Shown in pieces: positions 41,417 through 50,609 of a stretch of 60,790 nucleotides of DNA. The stretch is from a virus. Its lineage: Duplodnaviria > Caudoviricetes. The notes beneath the pieces are model-generated. The model made no database searches. It was not told where the DNA came from and saw only the letters and a program-made list of their open reading frames with translations. The position numbers were made by a program, and so were the translations under genes. The stretch is from positions 1 to 60,790 of the IMG/VR virus record IMGVR_UViG_3300044984_001645. One strand, 5' to 3'. Within the stretch, counting starts at the first letter, position 1, and each line of letters starts with the position of its first letter.

Positions 41417-41531
41417 TATAAAATTTGCAGTAATCTTGTTTCGCAACCTTAGCAATACGCTAATACGGTTAATTGAAGTGTTTGTAGATACAATCAATTT
41501 TCCGTAAAACCAAAAGTTTTAAGGAGCGAAA

Positions 41532-42200
41532 ATGAAAACTAAAAATAAAATAAAAAACATGTTGTTATGTGCAACATTAATTACAGGAACTCTAGCAACC
41601 AATGCCTCGGCAAAAGTTAATACAGTTCCTAAGGAAATACCTCAACTAACTTTCAGTGAACTTGGAAAGCCAAGAGCTTTGGATTTATATTGGCATAGAA
41701 TGGCTCAATGTGAAACCGGAAGCAATTGGAAAGATAAGGGAACATGGTCAGGTGGTTTAGGTATTTATAAACAAACTTGGAGTGGATATGGCGGAAAAGA
41801 ATTCGCATCCAAACCAGAACTTGCAACAATAGATGAACAAATTATTATTGCAAATAGGATCTCAACTCAGGGATATCAAACCAAAAATGAGTTCCGAACA
41901 TTTGAGGATAGACAGAATAATAAACCATTCTTTAGACAACCAGTAGGCTTTGGCGGATGGGGATGTAAAAAGAATGTTGGAAATCCTGTGTTGTTTAAAA
42001 AATTCCCTGCGAAAACATTACTTCATCAATATCATCTTGGTGAAAGAGGTTCTCTTGTTGTTAACCTTCAGAAAATTATTGGTGCAGTACCAGTAGATGG
42101 ATATTATGGTCCACATACTGATTCTGTTTATAATAAGTTTATGAGTAAATACAGGAAGTATCTCATTGCTGAATACGAGAAGTATAAACATCTCGCATAA
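41532..42200 (+). CDS. Secreted Rpf-like lytic transglycosylase with peptidoglycan-binding domain
   Basis: Signal peptide; WHRMAQCETGSNW...GGLGI...TW...GG...ATIDEQIIIA; LGERGSLVVNLQ..VDGYYGPHT. Confidence 0.85.
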   Translation: MKTKNKIKNMLLCATLITGTLATNASAKVNTVPKEIPQLTFSELGKPRALDLYWHRMAQCETGSNWKDKGTWSGGLGIYKQTWSGYGGKEFASKPELATIDEQIIIANRISTQGYQTKNEFRTFEDRQNNKPFFRQPVGFGGWGCKKNVGNPVLFKKFPAKTLLHQYHLGERGSLVVNLQKIIGAVPVDGYYGPHTDSVYNKFMSKYRKYLIAEYEKYKHLA

Positions 42201-42284
42201 GTAAGCGATAAAGAGCGGTTGATTGATACCGTAAAACCTCATGCCTGACATATGTGTGAATAAATTCAATCAATATGTCATCCA

Positions 42285-42356
42285 GCTTCTATAGTTAAAG
42301 GGATATAACTACGGACTTCTAATCCGTTATTTTAGGTTCGAATCCTAATGGAAGCA
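42285..42356 (+). tRNA. tRNA-Arg(TCT)
   Basis: GCTTCTA acceptor, ACGGA-CTTCTAA-TCCGT anticodon arm, TTAGG-TTCGAAT-CCTAA T-arm. Confidence 0.9.
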
Positions 42357-42508
42357 CTAAGAGATCAATTATGAATGCCTGCATTTATAGTTGGTCTCTT
42401 TTTGTATACACAAGAACAAATAAAGAAAGGCACAGAGATTTGAGCGCATACTCAATTTATCCGAAAAGTAAACATAAACAAGATGGCGTAACGCTAAAGG
42501 AAACAACA

Positions 42509-42922
42509 ATGAATAATAAGGAAGCAAAACAAAACTTTATTGATATGACAGTAGAGGCGAGAACATCTCTTTTTAAGATACTTCTTGCTTATGATCAAAT
42601 ATCCGGTGAAGATAACGAGAAAACAGCGGAGAATTATCCATTTACTGGATCATTTGATGAATGGATTTGTGAATACGATTTATGGATTGAAACTATTAAA
42701 GAGAGCTTCTTCCCTGAATCTAAAACATATAAGCCAACAATTATGGTAAAAGATCTGAAAGCTATTCTCAACGAAATGGATGATGACATTCAGATAGTCA
42801 TCAGAGATGAAAAATCAGATTGGTGGTTGAACATTGAATCACTTGAATTACCAGATGAAGAGAATGGAAGCTTCACACTTACATTTAATCCAAAAGACAA
42901 TTTTGATAACAGACAATTTTAA
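42509..42922 (+). CDS. Hypothetical protein
   Basis: RBS AAAGGA before ATG 42509; MVKDLKAILNEMDDD domain. Confidence 0.65.
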   Translation: MNNKEAKQNFIDMTVEARTSLFKILLAYDQISGEDNEKTAENYPFTGSFDEWICEYDLWIETIKESFFPESKTYKPTIMVKDLKAILNEMDDDIQIVIRDEKSDWWLNIESLELPDEENGSFTLTFNPKDNFDNRQF

Positions 42923-42936
42923 TAGAAAGAAATAAC

Positions 42937-43194
42937 ATGAGAACAAATATGAGCTGGTCAGTTGATGATATTGAAGTACAAGATCATTACATTGAGACAG
43001 AAAACTACGAAGCGTTATCCATTTTCCATGCTGAATGTGCAAGTCAGCTAATGCTTTCAATGAAACCAGTAGAGGGAAGATTTTTTAATACGACTCCCTT
43101 TCCTTTTATTGAAGCACAAATCCATGCACAATTATCAACAACATTTGCAACACTTGCAATTAGTAGAGGAGTAGAAACTAATGAGAAAAAGTAA
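42937..43194 (+). CDS. Hypothetical protein
   Basis: RBS GAAAG. Confidence 0.55.
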   Translation: MRTNMSWSVDDIEVQDHYIETENYEALSIFHAECASQLMLSMKPVEGRFFNTTPFPFIEAQIHAQLSTTFATLAISRGVETNEKK

Positions 43195-43384
43195 AATGGC
43201 AGAGCTAATCATTGAAGCAATTCAAAGACCCGGAGAAGATTATACAGATGGCGAATGTATGGATGAAGTTATCCAAATCATTGAGAAAGCTGGCTATGAC
43301 TTTAAATGGGATGAATGGCATAAATCACAAGACAAAAGTGCTGGTTATAGATTATTGCCAGTATCAGAATACAGGAGAGATTAA
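43181..43384 (+). CDS. Hypothetical protein
   Basis: RBS GAGGAG; TDGECMDEV. Confidence 0.6.
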   Translation: MRKSKMAELIIEAIQRPGEDYTDGECMDEVIQIIEKAGYDFKWDEWHKSQDKSAGYRLLPVSEYRRD

Positions 43385-43550
43385 TGAAGAAGTTATTCAG
43401 AGTAACTAAGTTTTATCATTATGCAGAAATGTATGATGTCGAAGCTGAAACAGGTAAAGAAGCGATTGCGATATTGGAAAATGAAACCGAGCGTGATCCG
43501 GATGATAAATTTGAAGAATTTGATTTTTATGAAACAGAGGAGATAACAAA

Positions 43551-43844
43551 ATGAATTCATTAGAAGCACAAGAAATCCTTAATCGGGTTGCAAGAGTAGA
43601 TTGGTATTATAACTACTCAGATGATTATTCCGTATGGAAAGCCGGGGAGCAATCAATGAAAGAAATTAAAGCTTTTGCTAAAAGCAGAGACTGGACTGAT
43701 GACGATATCGAAAAACTGAAACTAGCAGTGTTAAATATGGTTAATCTTAAAAACTATCACAAGGAAGAAGATAGGCAGAAGTCTATTGACGCATGGGAAG
43801 AGAAAATAGATGATCTATTCAAGAAAAAGGAAATTAAACAATGA
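43551..43844 (+). CDS. Hypothetical protein
   Basis: RBS GAGGAG; DWYYNYSDD..VWKAG. Confidence 0.65.
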   Translation: MNSLEAQEILNRVARVDWYYNYSDDYSVWKAGEQSMKEIKAFAKSRDWTDDDIEKLKLAVLNMVNLKNYHKEEDRQKSIDAWEEKIDDLFKKKEIKQ

Positions 43845-44353
43845 CATTAATTACAAATGACCGTGAAGCTTTTGAATTTGTTAGAAACCATTTGCTCACA
43901 CAAAATGAAAAATCAATAGCAGACAATTCAGAGTGCTTGTACCGAGGATATTCCGAAGCAACGATTGAAGAATTGAAAATCAAAGCTGGTGAGATTGTTG
44001 AGACAGAAGGAATCGAATGGGAAGCGGATAAAGATCAAGTATTTTATGATCTTTTGGCTGATGTAGAAGCTGAATCAATGTGTGCAGTTGGTTGTCTTAT
44101 TATGGATAGGTTTTATGATAGCGAAATGGAAGGCAAAACAGTTGAACCTGATGAATGGGTTTGGGAAGCTGTTGTTAAATCCAATCCTGTCTGGAAATTA
44201 ACAGATAGTTCACTTGAGATGCTAAAGAGATTGCAATCAATTCATGATGGAAGTTATCCTTCACAATGGGAAGTTGAGTTATCACTAGTGGATAATAACT
44301 TTGATCAGTATGGAGATTATAAAAAGAGATGGAATAAAACAGAGGAACAGTAA
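43841..44353 (+). CDS. Hypothetical protein
   Basis: CLYRG...CAVGCLI...LQSIHD. Confidence 0.7.
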   Translation: MTLITNDREAFEFVRNHLLTQNEKSIADNSECLYRGYSEATIEELKIKAGEIVETEGIEWEADKDQVFYDLLADVEAESMCAVGCLIMDRFYDSEMEGKTVEPDEWVWEAVVKSNPVWKLTDSSLEMLKRLQSIHDGSYPSQWEVELSLVDNNFDQYGDYKKRWNKTEEQ

Positions 44354-44491
44354 TGGATAACGAAGAATCAATAAACCAAAGAAGTAAGTATGCAAGCAAG
44401 CTTAAAGTTAGCCCAGCTGATTATGCATTAACAAGAGCTGAGATTATGGAAAGCCGTGGCTATGCGCCAAAGAAGAAGAAAGCAAAGACTA

Positions 44492-44722
44492 ATGGAAAAT
44501 GATACAGAAGACTTCCCTGAAAGAATCAATGTAATGAAACTCATTACATATGAAGTGGATGCTATTAGGCAGCAGATTGTTGCCGATAATGGAGAGGTAA
44601 CTTTAGAGGAAGTTATGGACAGAATATATCTTTATGCAAAAGATGACTTTAGCTGTGGCTGGGGTCATGAAGCAAATGTAAGAGATCTTATTTTTACAGA
44701 TGAAAACGGAGAGGAATACTAA
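44492..44722 (+). CDS. Hypothetical protein
   Basis: Packed ORF. Confidence 0.55.
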   Translation: MENDTEDFPERINVMKLITYEVDAIRQQIVADNGEVTLEEVMDRIYLYAKDDFSCGWGHEANVRDLIFTDENGEEY

Positions 44723-44937
44723 TGTTAGTTAAATACACAATTCACAGAATTGATACACCAAAACTTGCAATTAAAAATCACTGGACTGATGAGGCTAGTG
44801 AATATTGGAACAATGAAGATGGTTGGGGTCATAAATCAACCGCAACTGTCTTTGAAGATAAATATTGGAATCTCCCATTAGATGGGGAATGGGTTGAAAT
44901 CTACATAAACGAGCCAGTAGGAGAATACAGTGCTTAA
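44722..44937 (+). CDS. Hypothetical protein
   Basis: YWNNEDGWG...ATVF. Confidence 0.6.
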   Translation: MLVKYTIHRIDTPKLAIKNHWTDEASEYWNNEDGWGHKSTATVFEDKYWNLPLDGEWVEIYINEPVGEYSA

Positions 44938-45121
44938 ATTATACACAGTAACAGCAACAGGTACATATTTTGTTGAAGCAATGAGTCACGGAGAGGCTCA
45001 AGAAATTGTTTATGAAGCATTACTAGGTAGAAATAGTGAATCTGTTTTAGGTAACGGAGAAGTTCACTATGGAATTAAATCTGTAGAAGGATACCATACA
45101 ACTATAGAAAGGGTTGATTAA
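44930..45121 (+). CDS. Hypothetical protein
   Basis: RBS AGGAG. Confidence 0.55.
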   Translation: MLKLYTVTATGTYFVEAMSHGEAQEIVYEALLGRNSESVLGNGEVHYGIKSVEGYHTTIERVD

Positions 45122-45123
45122 AG

Positions 45124-45381
45124 ATGGCTCAACATTATTATGTCATTTATTTTGACGAAGAAACAAAAGAGTGGATCCATGATATTGATACAGAATCAAT
45201 TAGGTTTGATACTGGAACAATTTGGAATGAAGAAGATGGAAAATGGGAAAGCGGATACCTTGGAGATGGTATCTGGAATGTTAGGCAAGAAAAGGTTGAT
45301 GAGATTATGAATGATGGACTTCAGTTCTTAAATCGTATCTCAGCAGTATGGCATTTGAAAGAAGGAAATAATGGAAACTGA
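45124..45381 (+). CDS. Hypothetical protein
   Basis: Packed ORF. Confidence 0.55.
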   Translation: MAQHYYVIYFDEETKEWIHDIDTESIRFDTGTIWNEEDGKWESGYLGDGIWNVRQEKVDEIMNDGLQFLNRISAVWHLKEGNNGN

Positions 45382-45784
45382 ACAAGTATATGAATTTGAG
45401 TTTGGAAACCTATGCAGTTGTATGGAGAGTGATGACTTCATTATGATTAACGCATTACAGACAGAATGTGATGGGATATGTTGGGAAATGGCATTAGAAG
45501 ATTTCACAGACATTACTTCAGGATTATTTGAAGCCAATGAAACATATTGGTGGAGAGTATCTAATCTCAAATTATGGGATGGTAATCATGGAGGATATGG
45601 AAAAGCAAAAGATGCAGAATCTTTATTAGAACTTATGACAGTCAGAAGTGATTGGAATATAAAAGGTAAAGTATTCAATGATCGTATTGAATATTCATTA
45701 TCTCATCATGATGCCCCAATGGGAAGCAATACAGTTGTGACAATGATTACGGATGAACAAAGAGAAGAGTTGGGACTTTACTAA
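45371..45784 (+). CDS. Hypothetical protein
   Basis: LWDG..GG...SHHDAPMG. Confidence 0.65.
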   Translation: METEQVYEFEFGNLCSCMESDDFIMINALQTECDGICWEMALEDFTDITSGLFEANETYWWRVSNLKLWDGNHGGYGKAKDAESLLELMTVRSDWNIKGKVFNDRIEYSLSHHDAPMGSNTVVTMITDEQREELGLY

Positions 45785-45925
45785 TGAAAGTAATAAATAA
45801 AATACGGGCGTTCATCATGGGAGTGAAAGAATGTAAATCAGATATAACTACATCATTCAATGAACCACTTATAAATTACTACGACTTAGGTAGGAATTTA
45901 GGAGAGAAACTAAATCGAAAGGGTT

Positions 45926-46333
45926 ATGCTAATGAAATTTGATATTGAATGGCTAACGGAGAATGAACCAGACCAAAGAACAGATGTTTTCTATTGTGAA
46001 GGATATCATCACAGCCCAGTTTGTTTTATAACTGGGAACAAAAGAAAAGTATTAATCTCTTGTGATGGTGAAATGACAATTAGACATGAAGATGATGTAA
46101 TCAAAGACTTTTGGGGTCTGTTAGACAATGGTATTAAAACCGATATTGATCTTGGAAGATTAGATCCAGATAACTTTGATGATGAACCTTGGTTTGCAGC
46201 CTATGACATTACTGATAATTATGATGAAGTAGCGGGGCATGAGACTTATGATGATTTAGGAATCATTGAAGGGAATCTTGATGAAATGATCAAGCTAGTA
46301 AAAGAATATATTACAAAAGGAGAATATGCATGA
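45926..46333 (+). CDS. Hypothetical protein
   Basis: Acidic packed ORF. Confidence 0.6.
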   Translation: MLMKFDIEWLTENEPDQRTDVFYCEGYHHSPVCFITGNKRKVLISCDGEMTIRHEDDVIKDFWGLLDNGIKTDIDLGRLDPDNFDDEPWFAAYDITDNYDEVAGHETYDDLGIIEGNLDEMIKLVKEYITKGEYA

Positions 46334-46671
46334 AAGCCATATTGATAACACCGGAAAATGAAATTGAAGTCCTTGATGAGGACTTTGATCTCAAGACAAT
46401 TCAAAGCTATTTGGGAGGCTGGATTGAAGTTGTGAACTTTGGTCCTGATAATCCACATTTCTTTGCTTATATTAACGAAGAAGGGAAACTCAATGGTTTG
46501 CCAGCAAATGAGATTGTAACTACATTTTGGTATAACTCAGGACAGCAGATCTTATTGGGAGATGTAATTGTAGGGAATGCATTATTCTTTGGTCAAGTAG
46601 ATGATGAAGGAAACGAAACAGATGTTCCTGATGATTTGATTGAGTTCTTCCAAATGGTAAGGAAATCATGA
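46330..46671 (+). CDS. DUF3846-like protein
   Basis: LKTIQSYLGGWIEVV...INEEGKLNGLPAN...IVGNALF. Confidence 0.8.
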   Translation: MKAILITPENEIEVLDEDFDLKTIQSYLGGWIEVVNFGPDNPHFFAYINEEGKLNGLPANEIVTTFWYNSGQQILLGDVIVGNALFFGQVDDEGNETDVPDDLIEFFQMVRKS

Positions 46672-46809
46672 ATGATGAGCCATTTTGGGATGGAATCCTT
46701 TGCACAAAATGTGAAGGTCAAGCTGTCCCTTTAGGTAAGATTGGCAATCTTAATTATTATAAATGCACAGATTGCGGAATGGACTACGCATATAAACACA
46801 AGGAAGATT

Positions 46810-46956
46810 ATGAAAAGGTATAGAATAAGCGTATGGGCTTGTATTGAAGTTGAAGCTAAAGACTTAGAAGATGCATTAGATCAAGCACATGATGCAGTTA
46901 TAGGCTGCGATATTAAAACAAACGAATTTGAATTTGAAGCAGAAGAAATAGATTAG
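46810..46956 (+). CDS. Small hypothetical protein
   Basis: IEVEAKDLEDALDQA; RBS AAGGA. Confidence 0.5.
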   Translation: MKRYRISVWACIEVEAKDLEDALDQAHDAVIGCDIKTNEFEFEAEEID

Positions 46957-46967
46957 AAAGAAACAAA

Positions 46968-47453
46968 ATGTCACTAAATTGGTCAACACAAAAAGTAGAA
47001 TACTTTACACAAAATCCAGATAAGCTTTGGGTAAAATATCATAAAGGAACCCCGGAAGAATACGAGGATGTAAATGCTGAAACAAAAGCTTTAATCTTTG
47101 GTTCAATGGCTCTTGGGCTTGGAAGTATCACAGAGAAAAATGCTTCTGAATGGTATGCAAGATGGAAAATGTATGAGAAATATGATGGATTTTCATTGTA
47201 TGCTATGTTCAAAGAAGATGGTACATATGAAGATATCTATTTAACCCCAGAAGTTATCCTGAAGCATATCGGATTAGGTATGAATGTTTCTGACGAAACA
47301 ACAACAAATTGGGCAAAGCGTTTTGCTAAGCCAAGATATAAAGAAGAAACTGACCGACCTACCTTTGCCCAAGCAAAGGCAATGGTAATCGTTTTAAAGA
47401 TGGAATTTGATTCCTTAACCAAAGATCTCAATAAAGAAATGGAGACAGTATAA
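46968..47453 (+). CDS. Hypothetical protein
   Basis: GLGSITEKNASEWYAR...HIGLGMNV. Confidence 0.7.
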   Translation: MSLNWSTQKVEYFTQNPDKLWVKYHKGTPEEYEDVNAETKALIFGSMALGLGSITEKNASEWYARWKMYEKYDGFSLYAMFKEDGTYEDIYLTPEVILKHIGLGMNVSDETTTNWAKRFAKPRYKEETDRPTFAQAKAMVIVLKMEFDSLTKDLNKEMETV

Positions 47454-47668
47454 TGGCGGGTAAGAAACCAGCTAAAGTTAATTCAGCTACACAGAAAGAA
47501 AAGGTAACAATACAGCCCGGAAAAGCTGTAAAGTATCTTAGTCTAGTAAAGGGTGCAAATCCTTTCGTCTGTCCTACTTGTAATCGTAATCTATTTAAAG
47601 GGATTCTTTATGAGCACGATAGTAAGACATACTGCAAGCGTACCTGTATCCCAAAGGTAGAGGTGTAA
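47453..47668 (+). CDS. Small zinc-binding protein
   Basis: CPTC...YCKRTC. Confidence 0.6.
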   Translation: MAGKKPAKVNSATQKEKVTIQPGKAVKYLSLVKGANPFVCPTCNRNLFKGILYEHDSKTYCKRTCIPKVEV

Positions 47669-47670
47669 TC

Positions 47671-47955
47671 ATGGATTTACAAACCCTTAGTATCTTCAGA
47701 AACTCTCTTGAAATTAAAGAGTTTGCTAGAGGATATATTGCAGCAATGCCATTGCAAAACAAGTACCAAGATGAACATGATGAATGGCATGCTTTTTCAG
47801 ACAATATTGATATTAACTTCTATGTCATAGATGGATACATTACAGCAACAGCTTATAAAGTTGTTGACGGTGAGATGGATACATCAAATTATGAACGAGT
47901 TTATACCGAAAAACTACTACTCAAACAACTAATCAAGAAAGAAACCTATAAATGA
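47671..47955 (+). CDS. Hypothetical protein
   Basis: RBS GAGGTG. Confidence 0.6.
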   Translation: MDLQTLSIFRNSLEIKEFARGYIAAMPLQNKYQDEHDEWHAFSDNIDINFYVIDGYITATAYKVVDGEMDTSNYERVYTEKLLLKQLIKKETYK

Positions 47956-48221
47956 GCAAAACAAAGAACCTAAAGACAACGACAGAATTTCCATGTGGTC
48001 AAATGATTACAGCAGTCAGAACCATGACTGATACAGAAATGTTAGAAGAAGGTTGGGAGCGTAGGCATTATGAAAGTGTGAACCCGACTTGTTTCGTACT
48101 ATCTGATGGATCTATTCTTTATCCTTCAAGTGATGAAGAAGGTAATGGACCGGGAATGTTTTTTGGTGTAGTTGATGGAAGCCATATTGCTATCTCTTTA
48201 ACAGAGAAAGTTAGCTCATAA
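47952..48221 (+). CDS. Hypothetical protein
   Basis: LYPSSDEEGNGPG. Confidence 0.65.
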   Translation: MSKTKNLKTTTEFPCGQMITAVRTMTDTEMLEEGWERRHYESVNPTCFVLSDGSILYPSSDEEGNGPGMFFGVVDGSHIAISLTEKVSS

Positions 48222-48447
48222 ACTTAAGATTAATTGTCCTAACACGATAGGATAATTATCATAAGGATTATATAAAGAAAGGAGGGGTCTGCGTAAATCG
48301 TATACCTCTCCTTTTATAATCCGTTACAGAGCCTCTGAAGGGGCTATGAAGTAAAGCTGGAAGGAGCTTTAATGAGAGTATTAACCTATTACGGAATCAT
48401 AGTATTGGCTATGTTTGTAATTTATAAATTTGTCAAAGGAGACTAAA

Positions 48448-48687
48448 ATGAAGAAAGACCCGGTTGTCAAGATAAAAGTAAACTCTCTTGATCTCGAAAT
48501 CTTAGGGGAAGCTCTAGTAGAATCAGAGAGAGTTGTTCACATACTTGGTGACGATGAATATATCGCTAGGTATAACCATATCACCGAGGTAATAGCTGAC
48601 CAGATGGTAAAGCTTTATAGAAAGCGGGAAAAAGCCAAAAGAGCTAGATTCCTGTACCTTAAAGTAAGGTTTGGACTATGGGGCTAG
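48448..48687 (+). CDS. Hypothetical protein
   Basis: RBS AAGGAG. Confidence 0.55.
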   Translation: MKKDPVVKIKVNSLDLEILGEALVESERVVHILGDDEYIARYNHITEVIADQMVKLYRKREKAKRARFLYLKVRFGLWG

Positions 48688-48689
48688 TT

Positions 48690-48905
48690 ATGGCATGGAA
48701 AATAATAAAAGACTACAGAATAGATAGGGATGTATCAACATCAATTGAACAGATTGAGTTTGTACATAGCCTAATCCAAGAGCTAGAGAATAAAGGGGTT
48801 GAATTGCCGATGGGCGATTACAACCTTATTTATGACTATATTGAGGGGGCTAGAGATATCCTTATGGAATATGAAGAAACAATGGATTTCGAGGAGGAAT
48901 CATGA
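48690..48905 (+). CDS. Hypothetical protein
   Basis: Packed ORF. Confidence 0.5.
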   Translation: MAWKIIKDYRIDRDVSTSIEQIEFVHSLIQELENKGVELPMGDYNLIYDYIEGARDILMEYEETMDFEEES

Positions 48906-48959
48906 CTTATTACGAATGTGAAGAGTGCAGCAGAACGCTGTCTATTGAGGAAATGAATT

Positions 48960-49166
48960 ATGGACACGATTGTGAGCCAAAAGAAGAAAGTGGAGTTATT
49001 TATGACCCAAGTAAAAGAAGCTATTAATATGACCCATAGTCATTATTGGAAATGTACGGATGTTCCGGGCTATTTCTTATGTGAATGTGGGGCTATGTCC
49101 AGACACAATAGAGAAACCGGATCAAAAGAGATTTGGAGCCTTGAATCGGAAGGTGGCGAAATATGA
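48960..49166 (+). CDS. Hypothetical protein (start uncertain)
   Basis: HSHYWKC...CECG. Confidence 0.45.
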   Translation: MDTIVSQKKKVELFMTQVKEAINMTHSHYWKCTDVPGYFLCECGAMSRHNRETGSKEIWSLESEGGEI

Positions 49167-49334
49167 TACTAATAGACTTTTTGGCAATGATATTGCTATA
49201 TGCAGTCCATACGGTTATTCAGCCGGTAAAGAAGGAAGATAGTCTAGGGGAAATTCTATTCATATTCTTGGCGGGTTTCGGGTTCCTATTCTTATTCCTA
49301 GATGTAATTGAAAAGATAAAGGGATTGTTCTGAG

Positions 49335-49523
49335 ATGATAAAGAAGAAGATTGATCCAAGTGATCGGCGGGAATATTTCTATGGAGAAAGTGTACATGAA
49401 TATATCGGGGTTCTTGTAGAGATGATTCTAAAGATAGAAGAGTCTAAGGAGATAGGGAATCTAGATAAGGATCGTATAAGAGTTCTATTATCTGATTCTA
49501 TTTCTATTCTGAACACTTATTAA
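49335..49523 (+). CDS. Hypothetical protein
   Basis: Last plausible ORF of the + block. Confidence 0.45.
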   Translation: MIKKKIDPSDRREYFYGESVHEYIGVLVEMILKIEESKEIGNLDKDRIRVLLSDSISILNTY

Positions 49524-49672
49524 TAGAAGAAGAGATGTCTTCGACATACACAGGTATATACACATATCTGTGGATTAGATTGTGGATAAGCTCTAAAACT
49601 AGTAGCTTATGTATGTTAAGCGCTCCACATTACGAAAATATATACCAATCGTGTGGTAGTAACATGACAATT

Positions 49673-49718
49673 AAAAGCCTTAGAGGTAAGTTAAATCTTA
49701 TCTTTAGGGCTTTTTTTT
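49673..49718 (+). terminator. Intrinsic terminator ending the + strand block
   Basis: AAAAGCCTTAGAGGTAAG...CTTATCTTTAGGGCTTTT plus T run. Confidence 0.75.
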
Positions 49719-49803
49719 GTGCCTAAAATTAGCATAAAGTAAAGAATAATCGTTGATTTTGTGCAATTATTAGCCAAAAACATGCTATTTTGTATCAAAA
49801 CAT

Positions 49804-49817
49804 AGAACATATGTTCG
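49804..49817. promoter_or_regulatory. LexA (SOS/Cheo-type) box candidate
   Basis: AGAAC-ATAT-GTTCG vs consensus CGAAC-N4-GTTCG. Confidence 0.5.
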
Positions 49818-50498
49818 TATCATGTGGATAACTTCGGATATGTACTAAAATTAAGGTTAAAGTTAAAGAAAAACAGCCTACATTGATGAGCGGAATACAT
49901 ATTCCCTATCTATCTTCTATCTATATCCCTATCTAGAAGCTAAGACAATACCTAACCCGGAACTTTGCGGGAAAAGCTCATATCTTGAGACGAGATAAGA
50001 CCCCCTTACCCTATTTATATCTCTAGGGATAAAGTAAATAACAATATTAGAAGGTATATACCCCGATAGTTAATGTGTTAGGGAATTAGGTAGAGAATGT
50101 GATAGTAGGTAACCCAAATGCCGGCGATAATAATGCGAAAGTTACGGGGTTGTAATTTGAATTGGTTAATCTCCTATATAGAGAGAGATACACCTAGGGG
50201 AATAGATAAACCAATAGCCCCGCCTAACTCCTCAGACCTCATAATTTGAAAGGGATACTGATCCCTTACCCTTATCTTAAAAGTAAATTGAAATTTAAAG
50301 ATAATAGTAGAGAGTTTCATCATGATTGGTAAATACATTAAATTAATATGAAAGATAAAGTTAAATTTAATTGGTGTCCAAAATGCTAAAGCATTTATGG
50401 TACCCCAACCATAATTTGAAACCTATAGTAGTCCCTTACCGTATAGGTATCGTTTGGAGAATGTATTAAATTAATAATAAAGATAAAGGTAAACGAAA

Positions 50499-50535
50499 CT
50501 GGTGTTCAAGTGCTTTAGCACGCCCAGAACACCAG
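50499..50535. repeat. Inter-cassette hairpin H0
   Basis: CTGGTGTTC-AA-GTGC-TTTA-GCAC-GCCCA-GAACACCAG. Confidence 0.8.
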
Positions 50536-50546
50536 CGATTTTGGGC

Positions 50547-50577
50547 AAAAAAAAAGGTACCCTTTCGGGTACCTTTT
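50547..50577 (-). terminator. Intrinsic terminator, cassette 1
   Basis: - strand GGTACCC-GAAA-GGGTACC plus U9. Confidence 0.85.
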
Positions 50578-50609
50578 CTAAAATCCTTTCGATTTTAATT
50601 TAACTTTCG

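Larger units (their letters stand above)
49569..49831. promoter_or_regulatory. DnaA boxes
   Basis: Perfect TGTGGATAA at 49581-49589 and 49823-49831; one-mismatch TGTGGATTA at 49569-49577. Confidence 0.65.

Noticed and set aside
49535-49726. 63-aa ORF
   Set aside because: Weak RBS and it overlaps DnaA boxes and a terminator; likely non-coding
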